A stretch of 64,000 nucleotides of DNA. Source: an uncultured Chlamydiales bacterium (lineage in GTDB: Bacteria; Chlamydiota; Chlamydiia; Chlamydiales; Rhabdochlamydiaceae). Below, in pieces: positions 48,393 to 57,326 of the stretch. Under the pieces are notes generated by a model. It saw only the letters and a list, made by a program, of their open reading frames with translations. It searched no databases and was not told the origin of the DNA. Position 1 is the stretch's first letter. The number at the start of each line of letters is the position of its first letter. The stretch is taken from positions 1,408,001 through 1,472,000 of the forward strand of contig OY969554.1 in the NCBI GenBank assembly GCA_963700985.1, read 5' to 3'. A program made the position numbers and the translations under genes.

Positions 48393-48735
48393 TTAATCTA
48401 CCCACTGTTTTAATCTTTTTCGAGCAACTTCAAGCTCTTGCGGTGGCGTCTTCTTGGTTTTTTTAACAAAACTGTGCAAAAGAACAATATGCTCATTTTT
48501 AACGGTAAAAAATATCCTAACTATCCCGCTTGGAATGTTGCTTCTGAGTTCCCATATTTTGCTCTCCATATGCTTTACCAAGGGCATGCCTTGAGGCCAA
48601 ACAATTTGTGCTGCTCTGATGTCTTCACCAATAATCTTCTTAGCCTCTTTACTCAGGGACTGCAGCCATTCCCTAACGGGTTCATTTCCATTGATAAAAC
48701 TTCACCCTTAGCTTGGGCTTTATTTTCTCTTCCAT
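48393..48735 (-). pseudogene. RelE/ParE-like (phage Gp49-like) toxin, frameshifted
   Basis: MEEKIKPKLRVKFYQ in one frame, then GNEPVREWLQSL...WPQGMPLVKH...IWELRS...VLLHSFVKKT.KTP in another; premature TGA at 48682-48684. Confidence 0.8.
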
Positions 48736-48805
48736 GCGACCCCTTTAACATAAACGTACCAAATAAGGTGCATTTAATCCAGGATTAATTTAACAAAATA
48801 GGGGG

Positions 48806-49435
48806 CTAGCGGAGGAGAGACACGACTTCTTCATCAGTGGTTTGTCCAAAGTCGCGATAAAAATTCCCTACTGCATAAAAATCCGAAGGAGAAAAAAGGC
48901 AGACCACATCATCGACCTCTTTACTCAGCCTGTCGAGAGAATCGGGAGCAGAAACAGGAACCGCAAGCACAATTTTTTTAGCGTGCGCTTTGCGCAGAGA
49001 GTGAATCGCCACTTCCATGCTGGCACCTGTGGCAATGCCATCATCGACAAGAATTATCGTCTTCCCTTTGAAATCGATCGCTGGGCTCTTCCCACGATAA
49101 CGCTGTGCGCGCTCTTGCGCGATTTTGCGCTCCTTTTCAAGAGTGTTTTTGAGATAGTCAGCAGAGACACCTAACTGATCGATCAGCTCTTGATTGAGCA
49201 GTGTATCGCCCGTCTCAGAAATCGCACCTATGGCGAACTCTTCATTGCCCGGTGCCCCGATTTTTCTAACTACAAAAACCGTAAGAGGAAGCGCAAGTCC
49301 GTGAGCCACTTCATACGCAGTCTCAACTCCGCCGCGCGCAAGACCAACCACAAGCGCATCGGTTTGCTCTTGATATTCGTGCAAAAGCGGCACAAGTTGT
49401 CTTCCGGCTTCACGGCGATTATGGAAAAGTGACAT
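48806..49435 (-). CDS. Type I phosphoribosyltransferase family protein
   Basis: F.NR.EAG, LARGG, VRKIGAP and ILVDDGIATGAS PRPP-binding loop. Confidence 0.88.
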   Translation of the reverse strand: MSLFHNRREAGRQLVPLLHEYQEQTDALVVGLARGGVETAYEVAHGLALPLTVFVVRKIGAPGNEEFAIGAISETGDTLLNQELIDQLGVSADYLKNTLEKERKIAQERAQRYRGKSPAIDFKGKTIILVDDGIATGASMEVAIHSLRKAHAKKIVLAVPVSAPDSLDRLSKEVDDVVCLFSPSDFYAVGNFYRDFGQTTDEEVVSLLR

Positions 49436-49445
49436 GAGTTTTTCT

Positions 49446-50303
49446 CTATTTTTTCCAGAAGATAACGAAATGTTCTTTTCCAGAGCTAGGTTCTTCCACG
49501 CATACCTCGGCTTTTATGCCCTGCTTTGCAAGCGCAAGCAGAATCTTCTCTTTAGGTAGCGGCTTGACCCGCTTGTGCTCTCGCTCGCTATAAGGGATTT
49601 CTTTCCAATGCGCGGGCGCACAAATAAGAAAACCGGCAGGAGCATGACACAAGAGCTGCTCGATGTAAGCACTTTGCACACTTCGATCGCATTCGGAAAA
49701 AAAGAGATAACTGATCACCAGATCAAACTCTGGTTTCGGAATTTTAGGTAGTTCAACGAGAGTAACATCTTTAATCTTCTGCGCTGTGAGATAGTGTGCG
49801 CAAAGCTCTAAACATTCGGGCAGATCGATAATCGTGTAACTCTTAAGCGAAAATAAATCCGAGAGCACCGTGCATAGTCCCCCGTAGCCTCCGCCAATTT
49901 CAAGCAGCCGTTTGTCCTCAAGCGATCCGAACCGCTGCTTAAGCTGGCCCGCGATGCGCGCATAGCGCAAAGTTGCCGGCGAAAAGCTTCCATGTGATTC
50001 ATACGAAAAGCTACGCGGGTTTCCAATTGCATCATTGCGCACCTTGCACTTAAGTTCTTTCAGGAGCGCAGGATAATGCGCCGACAGCGCACGGAGCTCC
50101 TCTTCACCCTCTTTTTCTCCCAAGTTCTCCGCAAAAAGCGTAAACAGCGGATCGCGCTTAAAGTTAGCAAAGCGCGCCTCGTCGCTTGCCAACTCATGAC
50201 ACAGCGTCGGATAGATACCATTATCTGTAAACGCCGCCGGCTGCTGTTTTGCAAACAGCGAACCGCCAACACAGATCAAACTCACAAAAAACTTCATTTT
50301 CAT
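49446..50303 (-). CDS. Putative sugar O-methyltransferase with signal-like N-terminus
   Basis: ND.IGNP, SPATLRY, LLEIGGGYGG, YTIIDLPE and FSEC motifs. Confidence 0.7.
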   Translation of the reverse strand: MKMKFFVSLICVGGSLFAKQQPAAFTDNGIYPTLCHELASDEARFANFKRDPLFTLFAENLGEKEGEEELRALSAHYPALLKELKCKVRNDAIGNPRSFSYESHGSFSPATLRYARIAGQLKQRFGSLEDKRLLEIGGGYGGLCTVLSDLFSLKSYTIIDLPECLELCAHYLTAQKIKDVTLVELPKIPKPEFDLVISYLFFSECDRSVQSAYIEQLLCHAPAGFLICAPAHWKEIPYSEREHKRVKPLPKEKILLALAKQGIKAEVCVEEPSSGKEHFVIFWKK

Positions 50304-50455
50304 AGGGGATCAATCATAGCTTTTACAAACCAAATCGACAAGCCTCGAATCGCTTCATCATCCGCCTGTTTATAAAAATTATTTAAGCAAAATAACAATT
50401 TAAAAATAATAGCAAAGGAGTGGTAGCCTGGCGCATAAAAATCCAGGTGCGTTCC

Positions 50456-51829
50456 ATGCTATATTCTAGGATCTTTGCATACGTATTACTTCTGCTTACC
50501 ATACCATCCATCGCTCTTTATCCTCAGGCGAATGTTCCGATAATCACTTCTCAGATGCATAAGACAAAAGAGGCACAGACACCTTTCCAAAATGATCAGC
50601 CACCCTCTTATGATGATGTTTTACAACTCATTGATGATCTCGAAACTGGAGAATTGGAAAAGAGATGCTGCCAAGGAGATTTGGAAAAAATTAACCATTT
50701 TTTTGCCAATTTAGCCAGACAAGGGATTCTTCCCAATGAAGTCGAAGAAGAGTTTGTCTTAGAAAATGACATTTACGAACTGCTACATGGCGACGACAAC
50801 TCTAACGAATACTCATTTGCATTTGACACTTCGAATGATTTCGTCATTGTCCCAGCAATCGTTTCGGGCCCAAGCGAAATTATCCTCTGCAAGAGCTGGA
50901 TCAAGAAGAAGTGGGAACACGTCAAAAAATTTGTCAAAAAGCATAAGAAAGCAATCATCATTGGAGCTGCTGTTGTCGTAGCCGCCGCCGTAGTCGTTAC
51001 TGCCGTCGTCGCTATCTCCGCCGCAAGCGCCGCCGCAGCCGGAGCTGCTGCATCCGATAAAAAAGAAAAGGGTAAATCCCCGCCTCCTGAACCCGTCGAA
51101 ACTCCCGTTTTACAAACAGTCATCGACGACCAGATCTCTTCATTCAAAGAGCAAGTCGTAGAACAAGATCTCTTGCCAGACGCCGCAAGTGACGATGAAT
51201 CTCTCATCGACAAAGCAAGAACCCTCGGCGCACTTTTAGCTCACGAAGCTTTTGAAGGAATCACTGAACTCGCTTCAGTTATTCCTCAGCTAAACGAAGA
51301 GATCAAAGAGATCAGCGCCCGCGTTCTTCCAGAAGGCTTGCTCCAACAAAATGCTTCTAGCCCCTTGGAAAACTACGAAAGCGCAAGAGCTGCTGGTCAC
51401 GAAAAAATCGACCAAGCCTTCGCCTCCGACCAAGCTATCCTCTACAGCCAAGAAGTAAAAGACTCTGATGACTTTGTAGTTGGGATACTCCCTCCTCCTG
51501 CCCTACTCGGAGAAGCCTTTGCAAATAACAAATTATTGGAGGCGGGAAAAGCTTCAGATAGGGGAGGATTAACTAAAGCTGGAAGAGCTTTAGCAAAACA
51601 TGGGAGTAGAGAAAATACTGTTTTCCCACCACCTATTGGAAATCCAGCGGAAATAAATGAACATGGTCAACAAGTGTTAGAAAAAATCTTAAATCATCCT
51701 GAAAGAAAAATCATTCGTTCGAACTCACAAAATTTTGGGGAAGTTGTAGATGTTCATGCACCAGGAATTGGGGGCGTAAGGTTCAATTCTTCAGGTGAAA
51801 TGATTGGTTTTTTGGAGCCTAAACAATGA
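50456..51829 (+). CDS. Polymorphic toxin-like protein: signal peptide, hydrophobic Ala/Val-rich segment, C-terminal putative nuclease tip
   Basis: C-terminus LTKAGRALAKHGSR...FP...GNP..IN..GQ..LEKILNHP...GVRFNSSGEMIGFLEP resembles RHS/CdiA-type toxin tips; followed by small overlapping ORFs. Confidence 0.65.
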   Translation: MLYSRIFAYVLLLLTIPSIALYPQANVPIITSQMHKTKEAQTPFQNDQPPSYDDVLQLIDDLETGELEKRCCQGDLEKINHFFANLARQGILPNEVEEEFVLENDIYELLHGDDNSNEYSFAFDTSNDFVIVPAIVSGPSEIILCKSWIKKKWEHVKKFVKKHKKAIIIGAAVVVAAAVVVTAVVAISAASAAAAGAAASDKKEKGKSPPPEPVETPVLQTVIDDQISSFKEQVVEQDLLPDAASDDESLIDKARTLGALLAHEAFEGITELASVIPQLNEEIKEISARVLPEGLLQQNASSPLENYESARAAGHEKIDQAFASDQAILYSQEVKDSDDFVVGILPPPALLGEAFANNKLLEAGKASDRGGLTKAGRALAKHGSRENTVFPPPIGNPAEINEHGQQVLEKILNHPERKIIRSNSQNFGEVVDVHAPGIGGVRFNSSGEMIGFLEPKQ

Positions 51830-52254
51830 GTAAGTTTGACATAGATATTGTAAATTATTTTGACAGAGAAGAATTAGTAGCAGAAATTTGTTTTGATAGA
51901 AACCAGTGGGCAGAAATTTCTCCTAATAAGGGAAAAATGTTAGTGCGGTTTTATGCTCATCCAAACAAGAAATGCTGGGAGTTTTCTTACGAAGAAGCAA
52001 TAAAAGCTCTTGAACGAGCAAAGGACAGGCTTCTTAAAAAATCTTCTCAGACAAATTCCCTTTTCCCTGAACCACCTGCTGATGTTGAGCAAACAAATAA
52101 GTTAGGGCAGGAAATTTTAGAGCAAATCCTTTCGCACCCGCAAGCTACGTCATATCTGAATAGATTTGGCGGAAAAGATATATTCGAACCTTCCGGTAGA
52201 GGAGCAAGATTTGATGGAAAAGAAAATTTTTTGGGATTCTTACAACTGCGATGA
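51826..52254 (+). CDS. Putative immunity protein fused to a truncated toxin-tip homolog
   Basis: ATGA overlap with the toxin stop; N-half DREELVAEI...WAEIS...WEF; C-half FP...N.LGQEILEQILSHP...GRGARFDG..NFLGFL repeats the toxin tip. Confidence 0.6.
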   Translation: MSKFDIDIVNYFDREELVAEICFDRNQWAEISPNKGKMLVRFYAHPNKKCWEFSYEEAIKALERAKDRLLKKSSQTNSLFPEPPADVEQTNKLGQEILEQILSHPQATSYLNRFGGKDIFEPSGRGARFDGKENFLGFLQLR

Positions 52255-52281
52255 GCTAGGGCAATAACCGGGGCAATAAAA

Positions 52282-52512
52282 ATGCTGAAAGAGAAAGGAT
52301 TTAACATAATTATATCCAGCGACATACAATATGAAAAATTGTGTGCAGAAATCTATTTTAACATGGAATTTGTTGCGATAATAACACAAGAGCTGGGGAT
52401 TGAAAATCCTGTTATTGAAATCTATCCACCAAAGAATAAGCCTGCCTGGACATTTAATTATTTCGAATTCGCTGAAATTTTAAAAGTTGCCCTAGACCAG
52501 TTGAAACTCTGA
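52282..52512 (+). CDS. Putative orphan immunity protein (paralog of the N-half of 51826)
   Basis: EKLCAEIYF...AIITQE...IEIYP....WTF aligns with EELVAEICF...AEISPN...VRFYA....WEF. Confidence 0.55.
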   Translation: MLKEKGFNIIISSDIQYEKLCAEIYFNMEFVAIITQELGIENPVIEIYPPKNKPAWTFNYFEFAEILKVALDQLKL

Positions 52513-52539
52513 TTTTTCTTAAAGAAGCATGACATTTAT

Positions 52540-52800
52540 ATGATCGAGATCGAGTTAACTGAAAAAGAACATTCTTATATTTCTCAAACTTCATTTCTGC
52601 CGGAGAATTTTCGAAACTTGCTTTCTCCCAGGAAACATCAAAACGATGTCTATCTATTGGAAATTTCCGAAGAACTTGCAGATGAAATTCGAAATCTATG
52701 CGGGAAACAATTACAAATTGCTGGTTTCAATAAAAAACGCGAACCTACCGAAGAAGGAAAAATCCTCGAATCTCTGATGGATAAATTTTTCTCGTCTTGA
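52540..52800 (+). CDS. Small protein, putative orphan immunity protein
   Basis: 86 aa, co-oriented in the array; ISEELADEIRNLC...GF....PT.EG.ILE.L.DKF. Confidence 0.45.
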   Translation: MIEIELTEKEHSYISQTSFLPENFRNLLSPRKHQNDVYLLEISEELADEIRNLCGKQLQIAGFNKKREPTEEGKILESLMDKFFSS

Positions 52801-52809
52801 GGATTGAAA

Positions 52810-53088
52810 ATGTCTAACCATGTCCTTAACCAAATTAATAAGCCCCTCTTGAAAGATTGGGATCCGATTGGCATTAAAAACACGGTTGAAGCGGAAGATG
52901 AATACCATCAATACGCGGATGACGTTTACAAGATCATCCAAAACTCCGACTCTTACAATGACCTTTTTGACTACCTATGGGTGATTGAAACCGAGTACAT
53001 GGATCTAAAAGGCGATAGAACCAACACGGAAAAATTCGCCAAAATCCTATTTAGAGAAGTCAAAGACTTACTAAAAACTAATCAATGA
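52810..53088 (+). CDS. Small helical protein with WDPIG...DEY motif (DUF1871-like), putative immunity protein
   Basis: KDWDPIGI....EDEYHQY. Confidence 0.5.
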   Translation: MSNHVLNQINKPLLKDWDPIGIKNTVEAEDEYHQYADDVYKIIQNSDSYNDLFDYLWVIETEYMDLKGDRTNTEKFAKILFREVKDLLKTNQ

Positions 53089-53504
53089 CGGCAACTGTTC
53101 GGAATTTCCGAATAGTTCAAAAAGACAGATGTACATTCTTGAGATACTGTTTCATTTCCTTGTGACATCGTAAAATCTCACATTTATTTCGAAGAAATGA
53201 AAATTGACTGAGAATAAGCTACGACTTTAACTTGGAAATATCTCGAATTATGAATTCACCGCTAAAGAATCAAGTCACTCCTAACCATCAAGGCTATCTA
53301 CAGATCAATCTGCGGCAGTTGTCAAGTGCTCCTTGACAACTGATTCTTCGAGCTCTTTTTCAGCTGAAGCCGCTCCAGTCAAAAGTTCTGAATGCGTTTT
53401 ATCCAATTCGTCCACTCCTGGTCCATGTCGTCCATTTTCGTCCATTGCCTACTTTTTCTTCTGACGGCTTGACGAAGGGACGCGGGCCGTATATAAATTA
53501 GCTC

Positions 53505-54341
53505 ATGCGCCTAATCATCACCCTATTTATGTTTGCTGGCGGAGGCTACGGTCTCTGGTGGCTCAACTCAACTCATCCGGAAATCCGCACGCACATTGAA
53601 GAATATATCAATTCGGGTTCGTTTCCGACGCTGGAGGTGCGCTATACGGCGGCCCAGATTATGGAGACGCATCGCCGCGATCTTTTGAAAGATAACCGCC
53701 ACCGCTTTCTGGAGCCTCAACTTAAATTTTATCCTTATCTTATGCTAGAGGTGAAGTATAACCTCTCGGAGAACAAGACGCGTGAAGGCGTCATTCTTTG
53801 GGATCTGCGCGATGGAGAGATGGTGGTTGATACGCGGGCATGGGAGAAAACGCATGGGTTTGGAGACTGCATCAATGCCAGCACTCAGCGTCATGAATTT
53901 AAGATCCTCAATATTTTGGCTAAGAAGGGCGGGTCGATCGACCGCGATGGGTTGTCCAAGGCTCTGCAGGTAGAAAATGATATTTTGGATGGGTGGATCG
54001 ATAGCTGCCGGCGTAAAAAATTGATTGTGCAATCGGGCAATCGCTATCGTCTTCACCTGCAAAACCCTAGGCTGCGCACGATCCCTGAAACTAGATTGGA
54101 TCAGAAGCTGGTCACAATGCCTTATAAAAATGCGGTAAGGCTCTCGAGGCGCTTCTCCTTTTCTCAGATAGAAAAGTTGACTAAATCGGCCTTTGGGCAT
54201 GATTTTGCCATCCGCAAGACCTCCGACGTATTCCTTCCTGTCCATTGCATCACGGTTCAAAATCCTGATGGCTCGATCCATACCAGCCATTGGAATGCTT
54301 TAAATGGCAAGCAACTGGAAAATTCTCATTTTGTTGATTAG
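53505..54341 (+). CDS. Hypothetical protein with N-terminal membrane anchor, probably Chlamydiae-conserved
   Basis: 278-aa ORF with a hydrophobic N-terminus and a wHTH-like central segment; TTGACG...TATAAA upstream. Confidence 0.6.
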   Translation: MRLIITLFMFAGGGYGLWWLNSTHPEIRTHIEEYINSGSFPTLEVRYTAAQIMETHRRDLLKDNRHRFLEPQLKFYPYLMLEVKYNLSENKTREGVILWDLRDGEMVVDTRAWEKTHGFGDCINASTQRHEFKILNILAKKGGSIDRDGLSKALQVENDILDGWIDSCRRKKLIVQSGNRYRLHLQNPRLRTIPETRLDQKLVTMPYKNAVRLSRRFSFSQIEKLTKSAFGHDFAIRKTSDVFLPVHCITVQNPDGSIHTSHWNALNGKQLENSHFVD

Positions 54342-54410
54342 AGATTAGAGGTGTAACTTGCTGAAAAAGAGAACCGCGAGCTACCATCTTCCGCTAGCAT
54401 TAAGACTAAT

Positions 54411-54497
54411 GGAAAGATGGCTGAGTGGCCGAAGGCACGTCCCTGCTAAGGACGCGTACCCGCAAGGGTACCGCGGGTTCAAATCCCGCTCTTTCCG
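54411..54497 (+). tRNA. tRNA-Ser(GCT)
   Basis: Acceptor stem GGAAAGA/TCTTTCC with discriminator G; anticodon arm cgtcc-CTGCTAA-ggacg; long variable arm gtaccc-gcaa-gggtac; GTTCAAATC T-loop; CCA not encoded. Confidence 0.96.
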
Positions 54498-54509
54498 ATC
54501 TTACACCCT

Positions 54510-54539
54510 AGCCTTGAATCTTCTTTCAAGGCTTTTTTT
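54510..54539 (+). terminator. Intrinsic terminator after tRNA-Ser
   Basis: agccttgaa-tcttct-ttcaaggct followed by a T tract. Confidence 0.75.
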
Positions 54540-54560
54540 AACATTTAGCGCGAGAAAGTT

Positions 54561-55991
54561 ATGAAGATTGCCCCGCATTCAAAAGAATCGGAGATGATGG
54601 TGCTCGGCTGTATGCTAACGAGCGTCAACAGCTTAAACATTGCGGCCGATGCGCTGGATGAGGCGGACTTCTACTTTCCTGAGCATCGTGTCATCTTTCA
54701 GGTGATGAAGACGGCATATCGCAACGACCGTCCTGCAGATGTGCACATCGTGTGCGAAGAGCTCAAAAGACTCGATCAATTGAAAACCGCAGGTGGCGTG
54801 AGTTATGTCACCACCCTGGCGCAATATGCTGGGACCTCGGCCTATATCGAAGAGTATGTCGATCTGGTGCGCGATAAAGCAGTTTTGCGGCGCATGATCG
54901 ATGCGGCGCAAGCGGTGGAAAAAACCGCTTTGAACGATCCGGACGATGTGCATAATGCCTTGGATGATGCCCAAGCGCGTTTTTTCACCATTAGCCAGAG
55001 CGCAAATCCTAACGCCGGCATTCACATCCGTGATCTTTTATCAGGCGCAAAAGCTTACTCAAAAACTCCTTATCTCAAAGAGCTGCAAGAGAAACAGGAG
55101 AATTTTCAGAAAAAAGGCGCGGATGAACCAGGCGTCACGGGTATTCCTACGCATTTTATCGATTTAGATAATCTGGTTAACGGCCTTTCTCCTTCAAACT
55201 TAATGATCTTGGCTGCACGTCCAGCCATGGGAAAAACCGCACTTGCGCTGAATATCTCTGAGCAAGTCTGCTTTAAAAACAATCTGCCGGTTGGAATCTT
55301 TTCTTTAGAGATGACAGCTGAACAGCTTCTGCATCGTATGATCTGTTCGCAAGCAGAAGTAGAATCGGACAAGATCAAGAAGGGCGCACTTAACGGATCA
55401 GAATTTCAACGCATTGTGGGCGCTGTAAACGCCATGCAAAAAGCCAACATGATCATCGACGATCAGCCTGGCCTTAGAATCACCGACCTGCGCGCGCGCG
55501 CCAGACGCATGCGCGAAAGTCATGGCATTGCGCTGCTTGTGATCGACTACCTTCAACTGCTCTCGGGTTCAGGTTTTAATCGCTCGGCAGAAAATAGGCA
55601 GAATGAGATCTCGGAGATCTCGCGTATGCTAAAAAATTTAGCCCGTGAATTGAATATTCCGATTCTCTGCTTGTCACAGCTGTCACGTAAAGTTGAAGAG
55701 CGTGCAGGCCACCGACCGATGATGAGCGATCTGCGCGAATCTGGTTCGATTGAGCAGGATGCGGATATTGTGATGTTTCTTCTGAGAAGAGAGTATTACG
55801 ATCCTTATGACAAGCCGGGCACGGCGGAGCTCATCGTGGCCAAAAACCGTCACGGCGCCATTGGAAATGTCAACCTCACCTACCGCAAAGAACTAGCCCA
55901 GTTTGCTAATTATTCAACCGTGCGTACTGGCGGCAGCGGCAAAGAAGATAATGCGGAGGCTTTTGCAGCGTTTTCTCCTCGTGAGGATTAA
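54561..55991 (+). CDS. dnaB: Replicative DNA helicase
   Basis: PHSKESE, AARPAMGKT, FSLEM, IDYLQL, LSQLSR, DLRESGSIEQDAD and KNRHG. Confidence 0.98.
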   Translation: MKIAPHSKESEMMVLGCMLTSVNSLNIAADALDEADFYFPEHRVIFQVMKTAYRNDRPADVHIVCEELKRLDQLKTAGGVSYVTTLAQYAGTSAYIEEYVDLVRDKAVLRRMIDAAQAVEKTALNDPDDVHNALDDAQARFFTISQSANPNAGIHIRDLLSGAKAYSKTPYLKELQEKQENFQKKGADEPGVTGIPTHFIDLDNLVNGLSPSNLMILAARPAMGKTALALNISEQVCFKNNLPVGIFSLEMTAEQLLHRMICSQAEVESDKIKKGALNGSEFQRIVGAVNAMQKANMIIDDQPGLRITDLRARARRMRESHGIALLVIDYLQLLSGSGFNRSAENRQNEISEISRMLKNLARELNIPILCLSQLSRKVEERAGHRPMMSDLRESGSIEQDADIVMFLLRREYYDPYDKPGTAELIVAKNRHGAIGNVNLTYRKELAQFANYSTVRTGGSGKEDNAEAFAAFSPRED

Positions 55992-56731
55992 ATAACGTCT
56001 ACATCACCTTCATCATCACCTTCACCTAAGGGTTCGAGAACTCCACGAAGTTGCGCTGCTAATGCGTGAAAATTTTCAAGATCTATACGGATTTGACGAA
56101 GATAACGTTCTGGATCTAAATTTCCAGCGAATAATCCCGCAAGACGAGCATCATCGTCATCATCTTCTCCGGCTTCAAGACGCGCAGCGCATGCGCGCAG
56201 GTGCGCGGCGTGATTTTCAGCGCGCGCGATCGCGGGAAGTAGCTCTTTGGTCCAAATGCGTGGGGCAAAACTCATCATAAATAAACCAATGTTCATCTCA
56301 AGCACACCCATGCCCATACCTCCAAAAAAAGATACAACAACCCCAACAAGAGGACTTACTGTCATTTCAAGATACATACCAAAAAGCGTAACTGAAGCGA
56401 ACCCAATAGCAAAAACAGCAGCGGCAACCACAAGTAAAGCAGCATAAAAGACGAAACTGGCTGCGCATCCTCCAACCTTAAGAGCGGCAGCTTTAATGTC
56501 TTCCCACATCGCATCTTGGCGAGCAATTGCAGCGGCTTCAAGGCAAGCGGCAGGGTCGAGTTCTCGAACTGTCCACTCGCCCCAGTTAGCTTCTCCTCGA
56601 GCTGGAGAGGTTAAGCCCCAACGCGTAAGAACTTTAGGTGTTTGGGCGACTTGAAATGCATCATCGATGCGTGGGATCCAATACTCGAATGTTCTCTCCA
56701 AGTGTCTTGTAAGGCCAGCTAAACAACCCAT
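55988..56731 (-). CDS. Inc-like membrane protein with bilobed hydrophobic domain
   Basis: A ~65-aa hydrophobic stretch with no cleavable signal peptide; acidic helical C-terminus. Confidence 0.55.
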   Translation of the reverse strand: MGCLAGLTRHLERTFEYWIPRIDDAFQVAQTPKVLTRWGLTSPARGEANWGEWTVRELDPAACLEAAAIARQDAMWEDIKAAALKVGGCAASFVFYAALLVVAAAVFAIGFASVTLFGMYLEMTVSPLVGVVVSFFGGMGMGVLEMNIGLFMMSFAPRIWTKELLPAIARAENHAAHLRACAARLEAGEDDDDDARLAGLFAGNLDPERYLRQIRIDLENFHALAAQLRGVLEPLGEGDDEGDVDVI

Positions 56732-56732
56732 T

Positions 56733-57326
56733 TTATGCTCCTAAATATTCAAGTCGACGTACAGTTTCTGCGAGGTGATTTACATAAGTAAAACCTCTTA
56801 AAATATTGGGAAGAAATTCTTTGGTCCAAAGCAATGCCACCAAAGCAAGGATGGCAGCTACAGCGGTGAACATCTCGTAGGCTAAAGCGGCGCCTAGAGT
56901 TAAAGATGCCACAATTAATACCACAACATTCTCTCCCATAAGTCCATTAAGAAAAGGAAGGATGACTCCAAAAACGCCGATCGTTCCTTCTATCGCCAGG
57001 CTAGCGATGAATAGCACAGCGCCTGCCGTTAAAACTGAAAGGGCAATTGCCCCGATGATCAGGCCCGCAATTTTCCATTTTTCGCAACTTGCATCTTCGC
57101 GCACGTGTGGCACTAAAGCACGGCATTGAGCTGGGATAAGCTTCTGTACATCCACTTCAACACCAACATCATTGTAAATATTTCGAATGCCCCATCCAGG
57201 TTCGCCATTTGCAGGAAAGCGCCAGCCTAGATAAACAGGCTCATCTTGCCTTAAAATAACGGCATCTTGGATCACTTCAGTCCAATATTGAGCAGTTCCA
57301 TCAATGCCTCTTGCAATGCAAGCCAT
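56733..57326 (-). CDS. Inc-like membrane protein, paralog of 55988-56731
   Basis: Long bilobed hydrophobic domain; shared YW...I.DA and WTKE.LP.I.R motifs. Confidence 0.55.
   Translation of the reverse strand: MACIARGIDGTAQYWTEVIQDAVILRQDEPVYLGWRFPANGEPGWGIRNIYNDVGVEVDVQKLIPAQCRALVPHVREDASCEKWKIAGLIIGAIALSVLTAGAVLFIASLAIEGTIGVFGVILPFLNGLMGENVVVLIVASLTLGAALAYEMFTAVAAILALVALLWTKEFLPNILRGFTYVNHLAETVRRLEYLGA

Noticed and set aside
53410-53446. Short gtcca(t/c) repeats
   Set aside because: Only four degenerate units with no matching inverted arm; too weak to call.
53745-54290. 181-aa antisense ORF, and similar antisense ORFs over murA, ntt, polA, dnaB, mnmG and the SEL1 genes
   Set aside because: They are shadow ORFs opposite well-supported genes and carry no recognisable motifs.
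54411-54497. tRNA-Ser as the integration site of the upstream toxin island
   Set aside because: No duplicated tRNA 3' end and no integrase were found in the window.
54358-54564. 68-aa ORF from the track
   Set aside because: It overlaps tRNA-Ser and its terminator, so it is spurious.
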